From Octopus sinensis (lineage: Eukaryota), in NCBI RefSeq assembly GCF_006345805.1, contig NC_043002.1, positions 72,850,001 through 72,914,000 of the forward strand: 64,000 nt of DNA, in the 5' to 3' direction. Each line of letters opens with the position of its first letter. The first letter of the stretch is position 1. Under the pieces are notes generated by a model. The model worked only from the letters and a program-made list of their open reading frames with translations, made no database searches and was not told the origin of the DNA. This document shows positions 46,901 through 58,894 of the stretch, one piece after another. Made by a program: the position numbers and the translations under genes.

Positions 46901-47412
46901 AGAATGATTTTGGAAATGTTTAAAATACTATCTGAAGAGTAAGTCTAGTAAAATTGATGGAAGGAGAAATAGAAAAAGAAGACATCGCTTGATGATGGGT
47001 CAAGGGAAAATTGTTCAATTGGATAGATGTCACCTACTCAGTCCTTTTATTTAATGAATTGTTCAGAAGATAGATGCATATAAGTGATGAGTGCACATTT
47101 CTAAATATGTGAGCAGTACACACGTTTCTGTTGTTTCCCTATATCAGCTTCGATTGAATAAATCTATAAGAAACGTTCAGTTTCGATCATTTTGTCTTTG
47201 TTTAACATATTATTGGACTTAATTAACGGTTACAGATTAATGTAGTTCTTCCTCTATTTAGGCAGTAATTTGTGATATGAGATTTGACTGATATCTTTTG
47301 CTTTTTAAACGATCATATAGTAATTCTCTTCGATCCGTGAAAAAAAGTGTTAGACAAAACTTTATTAATATCAAGGGAAACAACTTTGCTCGGACAAGCT
47401 GAACTGTATGAA

Positions 47413-47596
47413 CCGTATTTGATGGCATAAAAGACGCACACCAATTCCAGCAGCGCATATTCAGGGAGAACTGAACGTCAGAGACAAAATTCGATTATAG
47501 GAGGCCAAAATCTGCATGTAGAGCTCCAAGTGATTTTTTTTTTTGAGGCATTTTTTTGTGTGAAAATATATACGTCTTATATGCCATCAAATACGG
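47413..47596. mobile_element. Tc2/MER104(Kanga)-like MITE
   Basis: 25-bp inverted repeat with 1 mismatch (47412-47436 vs 47573-47597), ccgtattt...aagacg terminal motif, TA on right flank. Confidence 0.75.
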
Positions 47597-47809
47597 TAAT
47601 GTGGGTAAGAAAATTAATCTGGTTTCTAAGATGATGAATGCATTTAGCAATAAAGAAGATATATTTTTCATAATTGTCCCTACTATCCTTGTAATGTTGA
47701 ACATGATGACCGTTTTCAGCTTGACCGCTGAAACGGTTAGAGATTTTAATTTTCTTCGTGGGAGACACCTTTACAGATTTCTATATTTTTGGAGTAAATA
47801 TTCATAGAT

Positions 47810-48110
47810 GGATAGGCGTGGATGTGTGCTAAGAACCTTGCTTCCCAGCTACATGTTCCAGGTTCAGTCCCACTGCGTGGCATCTTGGGCAAGTGTCTTC
47901 TATTATAGCCCTGAGTCGATCAAAGACTTATGAGTGGATTTGGTTGACGGAAACATATAGAAAGTAGATAGGGCTTCCATTTGTCTGTCTGTCTGTGTTT
48001 GTGCTTGTCCCCTACCACTACTTGACAACCGGTGTTGGTGTGTTTACGTCCCTATAATCTAGCAGTTCGGCAACAAGAACCGATAGAAGAAGTACCAGGC
48101 TTTAAAAAAA
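47810..48110 (+). mobile_element. SINE family A
   Basis: Same head and body motifs. Confidence 0.82.
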
Positions 48111-49457
48111 AGTTCCTCTAACTGCTGGGCTGTGTTGTTTTTTTAACCCTAGCTCATCAAAGAAATTCAAGCTCCATTTTCTCTGGCATTGCCTATCTGG
48201 GACTACATTGCCCACTATGTACTTTCTTTTTCAAGATGTTTGAACAGGGATTTGAGAATGGTTCATTGTGGCATTTAGAATTGGTGTGTAGTTACAAGTA
48301 GCTTTATGTGCTGCGAAAATAATATACTTAAAAATATCTTTATGGTTTCGATATTTTAAATGCAGCCATGCTGGAGCACCACCTTGAAGGGTTTCAGTCG
48401 AACAAATCAATCGCAGTACTTATTTTTTAAGTCTGGTACTTGTTCCACGAGTCTTTTATGCCAAACCTTTAAGTTACAGGGACATAAACAAACCAACACC
48501 GGTTATCAAGCGTGTTTTACACACACACACACATACACGCGTGCGATGGACTTCCACATAATTTCCATTTACCAAAGTCACTCACAAGGTTTGTAAGGTG
48601 ATGATGATGATGACTTCATGTACATATTCACTAAAATATTTTCATTTACTCTAAAACGTATGGCAAAAAAAAAGAAAGAAAGGCTTGGAAACTTAGGCAC
48701 AGGCGTAGCTCTGTGGTAAAAAACATTTTCTTCCCAACTGCTTGGTTCCAGGTTCAGTCCCACTGCGTGGCACCTTGGCCAAGTGTCTTCTACTATGGCC
48801 TTGGCCAAATCAAGGCCTTGCAAGTGAATTTGGTAGACGGAAACAGAAAGAAGCCCGTCGTGGAGAAGACAAGTTACCGGGACTTCTGGCAACATGTCAA
48901 GCTAAGTGAAATCGTGGTCGTGGCCAGTGCTGGTGACGCATGAATGACACCCGTGCTGGTAGCATATGAATGGCACTCATGCCAGTGACACATCAAATGC
49001 AACCAGTACACTCTGTGGAGTGGCTGGCGTTAGGAAGGGCATCCAGCCATACAAAACCAAACCAAAACAGACTGGAACCAGTGCAACTCTACAGCTTATC
49101 ATCTCCAGTCTAACCCATGCCTGTATGGAAAACGGACGTGAAATGTTGATAATATATGCGTGTGTGTCCTTGTATTTATGTTTGCCCCCCCTCCCACTTG
49201 ACAATCGGTACGGGGGTGTTTACATTTGGCTGCTGTTTGTAGCAGGTTGAGTAACCTATAGAGACTCTTATTGGCTTGTGTTTATGTCGTATTTAAGACT
49301 CCTTGTTTTATTACTTGTTATGCTAATAGCACAAATGTTTTTAATATACTATGAATAAACAAATTTTAAAGAAATATTTGCTATTCCCATTTCTCACTGC
49401 TGCCTTATTCAAAATATTAATGATATTCTTTCTTCCAAATTTTTTTTTTTTTTTTAG

Positions 49458-49854
49458 ATCCCCTTGTATTCCAGTTATAAGCAGAACAACCAATAATCTC
49501 TGTTGGAGAGCCGGCTTGTATAAGAGTTACTCTACTTGCCATCACGACCGTATGAAAACGCAAATACTGCAATCATCTAATGTCTACAACACTGCTATAA
49601 AAAAATATTTCTCATCATTTCTCAATGGCCAGAATAAACATGTATCTCAAGGTTTTGATGTGCATCCTTTGATGCTTCAAAGAAAATTTTTGAAAAGAAG
49701 CTATAAACCTGTTCTATTTCGCTCAACATCAACCAGGCGAGGCTCAAAAGATGCACATCGTAAACGGACTATTCTAATTTATGTTTGTTCTGTTGGTATT
49801 TTCATGGTTGGAATGAGTTATGCAGGGGTTCCACTCTATCGGCTATTCTGTCAG
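49458..49854 (+). CDS. COX11: COX11 exon with presequence-like region and TM helix; start codon either ATG ~49551 or in an unlocated upstream exon
   Basis: Poly-T + TAG acceptor at 49457; CAG|GTAATA donor. Confidence 0.88.
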
Positions 49855-52800
49855 GTAATAGTATTTTACATCTTTCTTGTATCCCTTCTTTTTTTAAAAC
49901 TAGTTTCAGTCATTAGACTGTGCCCATGTTGCAGCACTATGCTTCAGCGTTTAGTCAATTATTTATACCACTCCTAGTAATTTGATACACATATCCTCAT
50001 TTATCAAATAAGTCGGCAAGCTGGTGGAAACGTTAGCACGCTGGGCGAAATGCTTAGCGGTATTTCGTCTGTCTTTACGTTCTGTGTTCAAATTCTGCCG
50101 AGGTCAACTTTGCCTTTCATCCTCTCGGGGTCGATTAAATAAGTACCAGTTACGCACTGGGGTCGATCTAATCGACTTAATCCTTCTGTCTGTCCTTGTT
50201 TGTCTCTTCTGTGTTTAGCCCCTTGTGGGTATTAAAGAAATAGATATTTTGTCTGCCGTTACGTTCTGAGTTCAAATTCCGTCGAGGTCAACTTTGCCTT
50301 TCATTTTCGGGGTCGATAAATTAAGTACCAGTTACGCACTGGGGTCGATGTAATCGACTTAATCCCATCGTCTGTCCTTGCTTTTTTCCTCTATGTTTAG
50401 CCCCTTGTGGGCAATAAAGAAAGAAGAAATGTTAGCATGCCAGACAAAATGCTTAGGGTATTTCGTCTGTGTTTACGTTCTGAGTTCAAATTCCGCTGAG
50501 GTCGACTTTGCCTTTCATCCTTTCGGGGTCGATAAATTAAGTACCAGTTGCATACTGAGGTAGATCTAATTGACTGTCCCCCTCCCCCAAAATTTCAGGC
50601 CTTATGCTAGAGTATAATAGAATTGATTGAATTAACTTGTTTTTGAGTTACCTCCCTTCAGTGATGTAACTAACTTTGCTGTATTTATACGTTATCTACC
50701 AGGCATGGCAGAGTCGTTAGAAACTTCACTTCGCAACTACGGGTTTCAGGTTCGTTCGCATTGTTTGGCATCAGGCACAAGAGTGAAATTGGTACACCGA
50801 AACTGTACAAAGCCGTTGTGTGGATGTGTATATATAAATACATGTGTGTCTGTGTGAATGTTTACATTTTGTGCCTTCACATGAAAATATGTTAGCAAAA
50901 ATTGGTGACATTATATTGATATTCCCCTCAATAAATCATACTTTAGCTCTATGCTTTTGCAGACATTTAGATGAAAAAGAAAAATCTTACTTGTAAAAGG
51001 TTAAGAACAGAAAGGCAACCAGATATTAATGCCTTGATAATATTGTTAGTATTCATCAACCCATGCTAACCTGGAATAATGGACATAAAGCATAAATATT
51101 TGTGTGTATGTGTGTGTGTGGTGGGGAGGGTTAAGAACTTGCTTCCCAATTGTGATTTTAGGTATTTATTATAATCCCAGGTTGATCAAAGCCTTGTGAG
51201 TAAATTTGGTACATGGATAATTATAATAGCCTGGGGGGTGTGTGTGTGTAATGCCCTTGCTAACACCATCCACTTAATGATACTTGTGGGGTGCATTTTA
51301 TCATACTACCAGCACTACTGAGATTGACTTCTTCCACTCAGTCCAACAATTCCTCCACTCAGTATATTATAGTTGAAAAATTTATAAGCAATATGATTTA
51401 TATTGATGGAATTCATTATCATCATTCATTGTCCACCTTTTCATACTTGTATGGGTCACATGGAATTTGTCTGGGTGGATTTTCTATAGCCAGATGCTCT
51501 TCCCATTGCTAACCCTCATCTGTTTCTAGAAGACTGGAAACATTAGACACTTCTAGCATGACAGCAATACACACACAAAGGCAGTGAGCTGGCAGAAACG
51601 TTAGCATGCCGGGCAAAATGCTTAGCGGTATTTCATCTGTCTTTACATTCTGAGTTCAAATTCCGCTGAGATCGACTTTGCCTTTCATCCTTTTGGGGTC
51701 GATAAATTAAGTAGCAGTTGCGTACAGGGGTCGATCTAATCAACTGGCCCCCTCGCCCAAAATTTCGGGCCTTGTGCCTAGAGTAGAAAAGAATACACAC
51801 ACACACACACACATGTATGTTGGGCTTCTTTAAGTTTCCATCCACTAAATCCACTCACAAAGCTTTACTTGGCTTCAGCCTATAGTAGAGACACTTGCTC
51901 TTGACTAACAATTGACACATAGTTGGGAAGCCAATTTCTCACCACATGAGTGTGGTGCCAAATTTAACTTCTGGTTAACCTGTGGAACATTCATGTCCAT
52001 AAAGCTTTCCTCGTACATTACAGGAGTTAATTTTTTTTCTTTATTGCTTATTGGTGTAATTAGACTAATTATTTATTTACAGCTAGGCGGACTGGAGCAT
52101 TTTCAAAATCATGTACAGGGTGGAGTAAAGAGGATGGACGTTTTTGAAATGGCTATTACTCAGCCACAGCGGGAGGGACATATGTCTAATAAGTACCATT
52201 CGGTTTGTGGTGTCTTAGCATTTCTTTTTCTTTTCAGGTGAAGCCATGGTGCTGTGAACGATAGATCATTGCATGTTTGCCTACGACAGTTATGTGAAGA
52301 ATAACAAGTCTGTCTCTGCAGTTTAGCATGAGTTTCAGCGCCACTTCAACGTTCACTGAAATCAGGCTGTTCCCTCCTGTAACACAATGTTACGTTGGGT
52401 GAATGCACTTCGTACATGAGGTACACTAATGAATAGGAGACTGGTGGGGGTGCCACAAACGGTACAGTCTCCAGAAAATGTGGAATGTCTCAGACAAGCT
52501 TTGATACAGAATCCGAATTGCTCTGCTTCGAGGCATTCCACTGAACTTGGCATTTGGTAATCGATCAATAAGGTGTATTTTGCATGAATACCTGCATTTC
52601 CGTCAGTACAAATTGGTCATTAGGCAACAGTTGAAACCATGGGACTGTGCACAGCAGCGTAACTTCACATATCAGATGGAGGCAATTTTTGAGGCAAATG
52701 ACAACCTCATTTTGTTAATGAGCAATGAATCTCATTTTCATTTCAATGGTATGGTGAATCAACAGATGTTGTTGTTGGGTTCTTGAAAATCCAAGAGAAC

Positions 52801-55257
52801 TGCACAAAAGACCACTGCACAGTCCAAAAGTGACAGTTTGGTGTGCTGTTGGAAAAGCTGCCTTCATTGGTCCTTACTTTTTTGAAGAAAATAATGGAAA
52901 TGTTGTTACTGTGAACTCCGAGATGATAAACAACTTTGTGCTTGAGTTATGATGAAAACATATACCTATTCGACATGTGTTGTTTAATCAGGATGGGGCA
53001 ACGGCCTACACAACCAGAACATCAATGGACAGTCTTCGCCCTCTCTTCAGTGACCACCTCATTTCTAGGTTTGCTGACGTTCCTTGGCCCCCTTGGTTCT
53101 CTAATTTGTCCATGCGTGATTATTTCTTGTAGGGAAACCTCAAGGCACATGTGTATGCGCATAAGCCCCATACATTGTACTATTTGAAGGAAGCTATTCA
53201 CATAGAAGTTGCCCAAATTGATAGAGCAATGCTGGAGAGAGTGGAGGCCAACTTCTAAGAACGCTTTCAGAAATGTATCAATGAAAACGGATGCTAATTC
53301 AATATGAATTGTTTGCAGCTAAAATTAATGATTTTGTGAATTTTTCGAAAACGCCCATCCTCTCTGTCCCACCATGTATCATGTTCACTGACTCAATGCA
53401 GTGCTGCAGACTAGAACTGTCATTTAAAGCTTAGAGTTTTTCCCCTTTATATGTACGTTTGTTTGTGTGTGTGTGTGTGAGTGTGTGTCTGTCTGCCTGT
53501 CTCTCCCTCTATATATATGTATTTATGTATATGTGTGTGTGTGTATAAATATATAGCTTGATTACCAACCACATGGTTCCGGGTTCAGTCCCACTGCCTG
53601 GCATCTTGGACATGTGTCTTCTACAAAAGCCTTGTGAGCGGATTTGGTAGATGGAAACTGAAAGAAGCCCGTCGTATATATGTGTGTGTATGTTTGTGTG
53701 TCTGTCTTTGTCCCCCTACCATTGCTTGACAACCAATGCTGGTGTGTTTATGTCCCCGTTACTTAGTAGTTCGGCAAAAGAGACCGATAGAATAGGTACT
53801 AGGCTTACAAAGAATAAGTCCCAGGGTCGATTTGCTCGACTAAAGGCGGTGCTCCAGCATGGCCACAGTCAAATGACTGAAACAAGTCAAAAAGTAAAAG
53901 AGTATATAATATATAATCTTGTTTCAGGCCACTGGACTAGGCGGTCAAGCAGTTGCGGGACATGATAATAGTCGAGTGGAAAGTATGAATAAAGTCACCA
54001 ACAGAAGTATTTTAGTACGATTTAATGCTGATGTCTCTTCAAGTATGCAGTGGAATTTTCGTCCCCACCAGCCATCTGTGAGAGTAAGTTACTCTTAATT
54101 GTTAAATTTCCTAACTGTAATTCCTCAGAGTATCATGTACTTATTCTAGTGTCGCACACACACAATTTTGCATGAAGTAGCATTGAATAAAATATGTTTG
54201 TCATCATCTTCATCATCATCGTTTAACGTCCGTTTTCCCTTGCTAGTCTGGGTTTGACGGTTCGATCGGGGTCTGGGAAGCCAGGAGGCTGTACCAGGCT
54301 CCAGTCTGATCTGGCAGTGTTTCTACAGCTGGATGCCCTTCCTAATGCCAGCTACTGTATGAGTGTAGTGGGTGCTTTTTACGTGCCCACCAGCACAGGT
54401 GCCAGGGGATGCTGGCAGCAGCCATGTTCAGATGGTGCTTTTTACGTGCCACCAGCACAGGTATCACAACTACAATTTCCATTTGACTTTATTTTAATGT
54501 TGATGATGTACTTGACTCAATAGGTCTCCTCAAGCACAGCAGGTCGCCCTATGATCCAAGGTAGGCATAGCAGGCCGTTCTGCAATCCAAGGTACTTTGG
54601 AATGGCTGGGGCTGCTATATGAAACTGGTGCAGGAAACAGCCATGAACTCACGTTATTTGTCAGGTCTTCACATTCACAGCATATCTCCAGAGATCTCAG
54701 GCTTTCGTCATTGCCTAATATTTAACATGTTCGAATGTATTCCATTGTGAGAATGGCTCCTGCTGCAGAAAGACTCCCAAGAGAAAATTCTTGTCCTTGA
54801 TGTGTGCGAAAATGCATCTGGAACTGTAAATAACGCCATAGGATTATGGGACACATGCATTTCTGCTTCTTTTTGCTTTGTCAGCTATGAAAATCATCAT
54901 CATCGTCATTTAACATCTGTTGTCCATGCTGGCATGGGTGGACGGTTTGACCAGAATTGGCAAGTTGGGGAGCTGCACCACACTCCTGTCTAATTTTGCA
55001 TGGTTTTTCTCTCTCTCTCTCTTATACAGACACACATGCGCGCGCACACACACACACACTCAGGCACACATACATGTATCCATAAATTTTTAATTGTAAT
55101 TATGTTTATAATGATCTTTGTTTTTTCTTAGGTTTTACCTGGAGAAACAGCTTTGGCTTTCTATTCAGCAAAGAATCCAACTGATAAACCTATTATCGGT
55201 ATATCTACTTATAATATTATTCCATATGAAGCTGCAATGTATTTTAATAAGATTCAG
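49458..55257 (+). CDS. COX11: Cytochrome c oxidase assembly protein COX11, partial (join 49458-49854, 53928-54083, 55132-55257); last exon (CFCF copper motif) not found in window
   Basis: YAGVPLYRLFCQ / ATGLGG / FNADV..SMQWNFRP / PGETALAFY.AKNPTDKPIIGISTYNI.P.EA..YFNKIQ; phase-0 junctions. Confidence 0.95.
50025..50615 (+). mobile_element. Tandem array of three SINE family B cores
   Basis: gttcaaattc..gaggtc.actttgcctttcat..ggggtcgat..agtaccagtt repeated 3x at ~190-nt spacing. Confidence 0.88.
52116..53376 (+). mobile_element. Fossil Tc1/mariner-superfamily element (DD37D/maT-like), 1261 bp, in a COX11 intron
   Basis: TIRs cagggtggagtaaagaggatggacgttttt / aaaacgcccatcctctctgtcccaccatg with TA flanks; remnants SNESHFHFNG, KVTVWCAV, IGPYFFE, QDGATA, WPP..DYFL; multiply disrupted. 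Confidence 0.85.
53555..53903 (+). mobile_element. SINE family A ending ~25 nt before the COX11 acceptor at 53927
   Basis: Family A body and tail ..gactgaaacaagtcaaaaagtaaaagagta. Confidence 0.9.
53928..54083 (+). CDS. COX11: COX11 exon (ATGLGGQAVAGHD...QWNFRPHQPSVR)
   Basis: TTTCAG acceptor, GTAAGT donor; 52 codons. Confidence 0.95.
55132..55257 (+). CDS. COX11: COX11 exon (VLPGETALAFYSAKNPTDKPIIGISTYNIIPYEAAMYFNKIQ)
   Basis: TTCTTAG acceptor, CAG|GTAAGC donor; 42 codons. Confidence 0.96.
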
Positions 55258-56399
55258 GTAAGCCCTTTTGAAATTACACATTTTATCTTTGAAAGATAGA
55301 ACAGACTGGGGTCACGCAATTAGTACCTGTACTTGTGGCATGCAAAAGCCCCTATTACACTCTTGTAGTGGTTGACATTACAAAAGACATCCAGCTCTGG
55401 AAACCATGCCAAAGCAGACTGGAGTCTTCTGTGGCCCCTCAGCTTACCAGCCCTGGTCAAGCTGTCCAACCCATGCCAGCATGGACAATGGCTGTTAAAT
55501 GATGATAAGGATGGACATTTTATACTGTTCCACTTTCCATGCTAGCATGAGTTGGATGATTTGACTGAGGACTGGCAAACCAGATGGCTGAACCAGGCTC
55601 CAATCTGAGTTTCTACAGCCGGATGCCCTTCCTGATGCCAACCACTCCAAGGGTGTGGTGATGCTTTTACATGCCACCGGCATGAGGGCCAGTCAGGCGG
55701 TACTGACAACGGCCATGCTCAAATGGCGATTTTTACATGCCACCTGCAGAGGAGCCAGTCCAATGGCACTGGCAACAACTTTGCTCGAATGCTTTTTCAC
55801 GTGCCACTGGCACAAGTGCCAGTAAGGCGATGCTGGTAACGATCATGCTCAAATGGTGCTTTTAACTTGCCACCAGCACGGAAGCCAGTCAGCTGCTCTG
55901 GCAATGATCATGCTTGGATGGTGCTCTTAGTGCTCCACTAGCACTGATGCCAGTCATCAAATTTGATTTTGATTTCATTTGCCTTAACAGGTCTTCGCAA
56001 GCAGAATTTAGTGTCCAATGAAAGAAAGGTACATATAAGTGGGCTGGTTACACCCCTGGTATAGGCCACAGGGTTATGGTCTCACTTGGCTTGCCAGGTC
56101 TTCTCAAGCACAGCATATTGTCTACAGGAAATATCATCATGTTGTTGGTCATGCTGAATATGCAGACAAGGGGTTGGTAGAAATTCTATACTGTGTACTC
56201 AGAGTAATGCACCTGAATTGTAATGGATCACAAGCAGGCTGTTGGAGAAAGTAGACTTCATATGTAGCTGTTGTACTGAGGAATTATGCACTATGTGCAC
56301 ACAGAATATATATTGTTTTGAATGCTTGGAATGCTCCTTAGCAGTGGCTGATTGCTTTTGTTAGATAGGTGACTTTATTAGAAGAGGAAGTGTGTTTTT

Positions 56400-56900
56400 G
56401 AAAGCATTGTAGTCAGTGTAAGAATGAAGTGGAGAAAGTTGAGAGAGAGTTGCTACCGCTACTGGCAACAAGGGGCTTCTTACTCTCACTGAGGGCCAGA
56501 TTGTGAGATGCTTGTCTACAAAGTGCAATGTTATATACTGGCAAGAGCTGGGTCTTGAATGCAATGGGTTTGTGAAGATTAGAAAGAAGTGAAGTAAGTA
56601 TGCTTCACCGTCAGTGTAATGTCAGTGTGCATAAATGATGGTGTTCAAATGAGCTGGGAGAAAAACGGGATATAAGAAGAATCTGATGTAGTGTGCAAAG
56701 GAAAAGACAGCTGGTATGAGCATATAATATGCAGGGAGGCTAGTATTTGTATAACAAAAGTGTTGGGTGCTCAAAGTAGATACGAGGGAGATATTAAGAT
56801 GTTGCACCTCATGAAAATTACATAGGACTGTAACAATGACAGCTCGCTCTGCTGTTAAAGACCTAACAGCCTGTGTAAGCATGGCAAAGTATATGTTAAA
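56400..56900 (+). mobile_element. Heavily decayed RTE LINE ORF fragment
   Basis: Remnants resembling LREKLGIR.IRC.VQ.RRL.WYGH and GRPRKTW.EVVK.DL. Confidence 0.55.
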
Positions 56901-57883
56901 ATAGGTGTTGTGGTGAAGGCTGATATATAATATAATAGGTACCTGTATTCTAGGTGTTTGCTCATTTTGTACCTATTAAGTCTCTACCTGTCAGTTCTCT
57001 TACTTATTTGGTAATCTTTCATCTTTCCATTACCACTTCTCCTATTCACTGCTACAAGCTTCCCTTGTAATAATGGCAAACTCTAGATCTCTCCATAGTC
57101 ACCCCTTCTTCTCCCATCGCAATACTGAGATGAGAGCGAGAGGGTATCCAATGCACACCTCCATTTACATTCCTAAACTGCTAACCATCAATCTTCCTTT
57201 CAAGTCACTTTTTTTTATTAACTTCATTCACAATCTTGATTATTCCTCGCGAACACTCTCTCCCACCAACTGATATTACTCTTCTACACTTCCAGCTACC
57301 ATTCCTTTTCCCTCTGCTCATTCCTTATTGACATCTATCACACTCTTGTTACTGCTGGCCATTTCTACAACAATCATTAACTTTCTCTCTCACCAACATG
57401 AATTGTTATAGAAATCTCTCCTATTACTCTCTGCCATTATTGTTTTTCTTTTCTATTGCTATCTCTTCTATTACTCTTTCTACAATTGTCTCACCCTATT
57501 CTCCACCTCACCCCCACACTGCTCCCTCACCTTATTCTCTTTGGTTCCTCCCATCATGCACCCATTTCTTACTCCCTCTCACTTCTGCAATCTCTCTCCT
57601 TTCAACTCTCTCTGCTGGTCACACTGACCCGAACAATACAGGGTGGTGGAAACTGAGGACTCTTTTGACCTGTGGAATACAAAACAACTTTACTGGTTCC
57701 ACAATATAAATCCCTCAGTACACACTGCAGAGTGGTTGACAAATGAAAGGATACAGTGTGATTGAGAGGATCCCTTTGCTTTGCTGAGGACATGACAAGC
57801 TTTCTGGTGTTGGTGTTGGTGTCAATGCATACAATGTTAGTTAAAGTGTCCAATCATAGAGACCATGCCAAAAATATAATGTA

Positions 57884-58449
57884 TTGGGTTGTCCAGAAAG
57901 TTTGTGCCGATTTATAGTAGCTTATCTTTCGACTTATTTTAGAACATGATTGAGTCCATAAAATAGGATTTTACTACACCTCCATTTAGAGCACAGTTTA
58001 AGCTATTTTTACGTGGAAGAATGTTTATGTTCATATAACTTGTGTTAGTTCTGTATCCCTTTAAAATGGAAGACAAGAAAGTTCATTTTCGAAATTTGAT
58101 GCTTTGGGAACCAGACAAAAATTGCTGCAGCTCAGCTGGGATGTTTTACCCGACCCTCCATATTCACCAGATATTGCTCCTTCGGATTTCCACTTATTCA
58201 GGTCTCTGCAGAATAGTCTTAATGGTAAAAATTTCAATTCCTTGGATGACGTAAAATGATACCTTGATGAATTCTTTGCCATGAAACCACCACAATTATG
58301 AGAAGAGGGTATTTTCAAGTTAAAGGAAAGATGGAGACGCATTGTGCAACAAAATGGGTCATATTTGGTTGATTAAAAATGTAATGGCAAGTATTTATTG
58401 ACATTTTTCTTTCCTTTAAAAATCGGCATGAACTTTCTGGACAACCCAA
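57884..58449 (+). mobile_element. Internally deleted mariner element
   Basis: ~30-bp TIRs ttgggttgtccagaaagtttgtgccgattt / aaatcggcatgaactttctggacaacccaa, TA TSD; remnants MEDKKVHFR and HPPYSPDIAPSDFHLFRSLQ. Confidence 0.92.
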
Positions 58450-58894
58450 TATAAAGATGTGGGCTTCTCCAGCCCATTTCAAAGGGCAGTAACCCTGGGT
58501 AAGAACCCATTTGGACCATGATAAGCTGTTTAAGCTATCCAGCATGGAAAATCTGCTACTACAGGAGAAAGAACTGTTGATCAGTAAATTCATTATAGCA
58601 CCAGATAAATGCTTTGTGATATTCATAACTCTTTCCGTTGTAAGTTCAATTCCCACTGTGTCCAAGAAAGATCACTAAAGAATGGGTTAAGAGGGGCTCA
58701 AATGGCACCAACTTTAGAGATGACAATTTGGATTGTAATGAGATCAAGATAGAAAATTGCAGAACTTTCTAGAAGAGTTCTTAAGATGCTGACGGTGTAA
58801 GGATGTTGTTTTTTTTTTGTCACATTAATCAGTTAATGTCTCAATAGTTATGAATCTATGACATTTATTTGGAAAGGGGTTAGGCATGGCTGTA

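Larger units (their letters stand above)
44580..49457. promoter_or_regulatory. Divergent intergenic/5' region shared by BRD7/9 (-) and COX11 (+); probable promoter(s)
   Basis: Genes are head-to-head; CpGs look better retained at ~43900-47800 than in the introns (by eye); TSS not identifiable. Confidence 0.45.

Noticed and set aside
49351-49457. ORF-track start of COX11 at 49351 and read-through to 49977
   Set aside because: Upstream part is a polypyrimidine tract before the AG at 49457; downstream part is intron after the donor at 49855.
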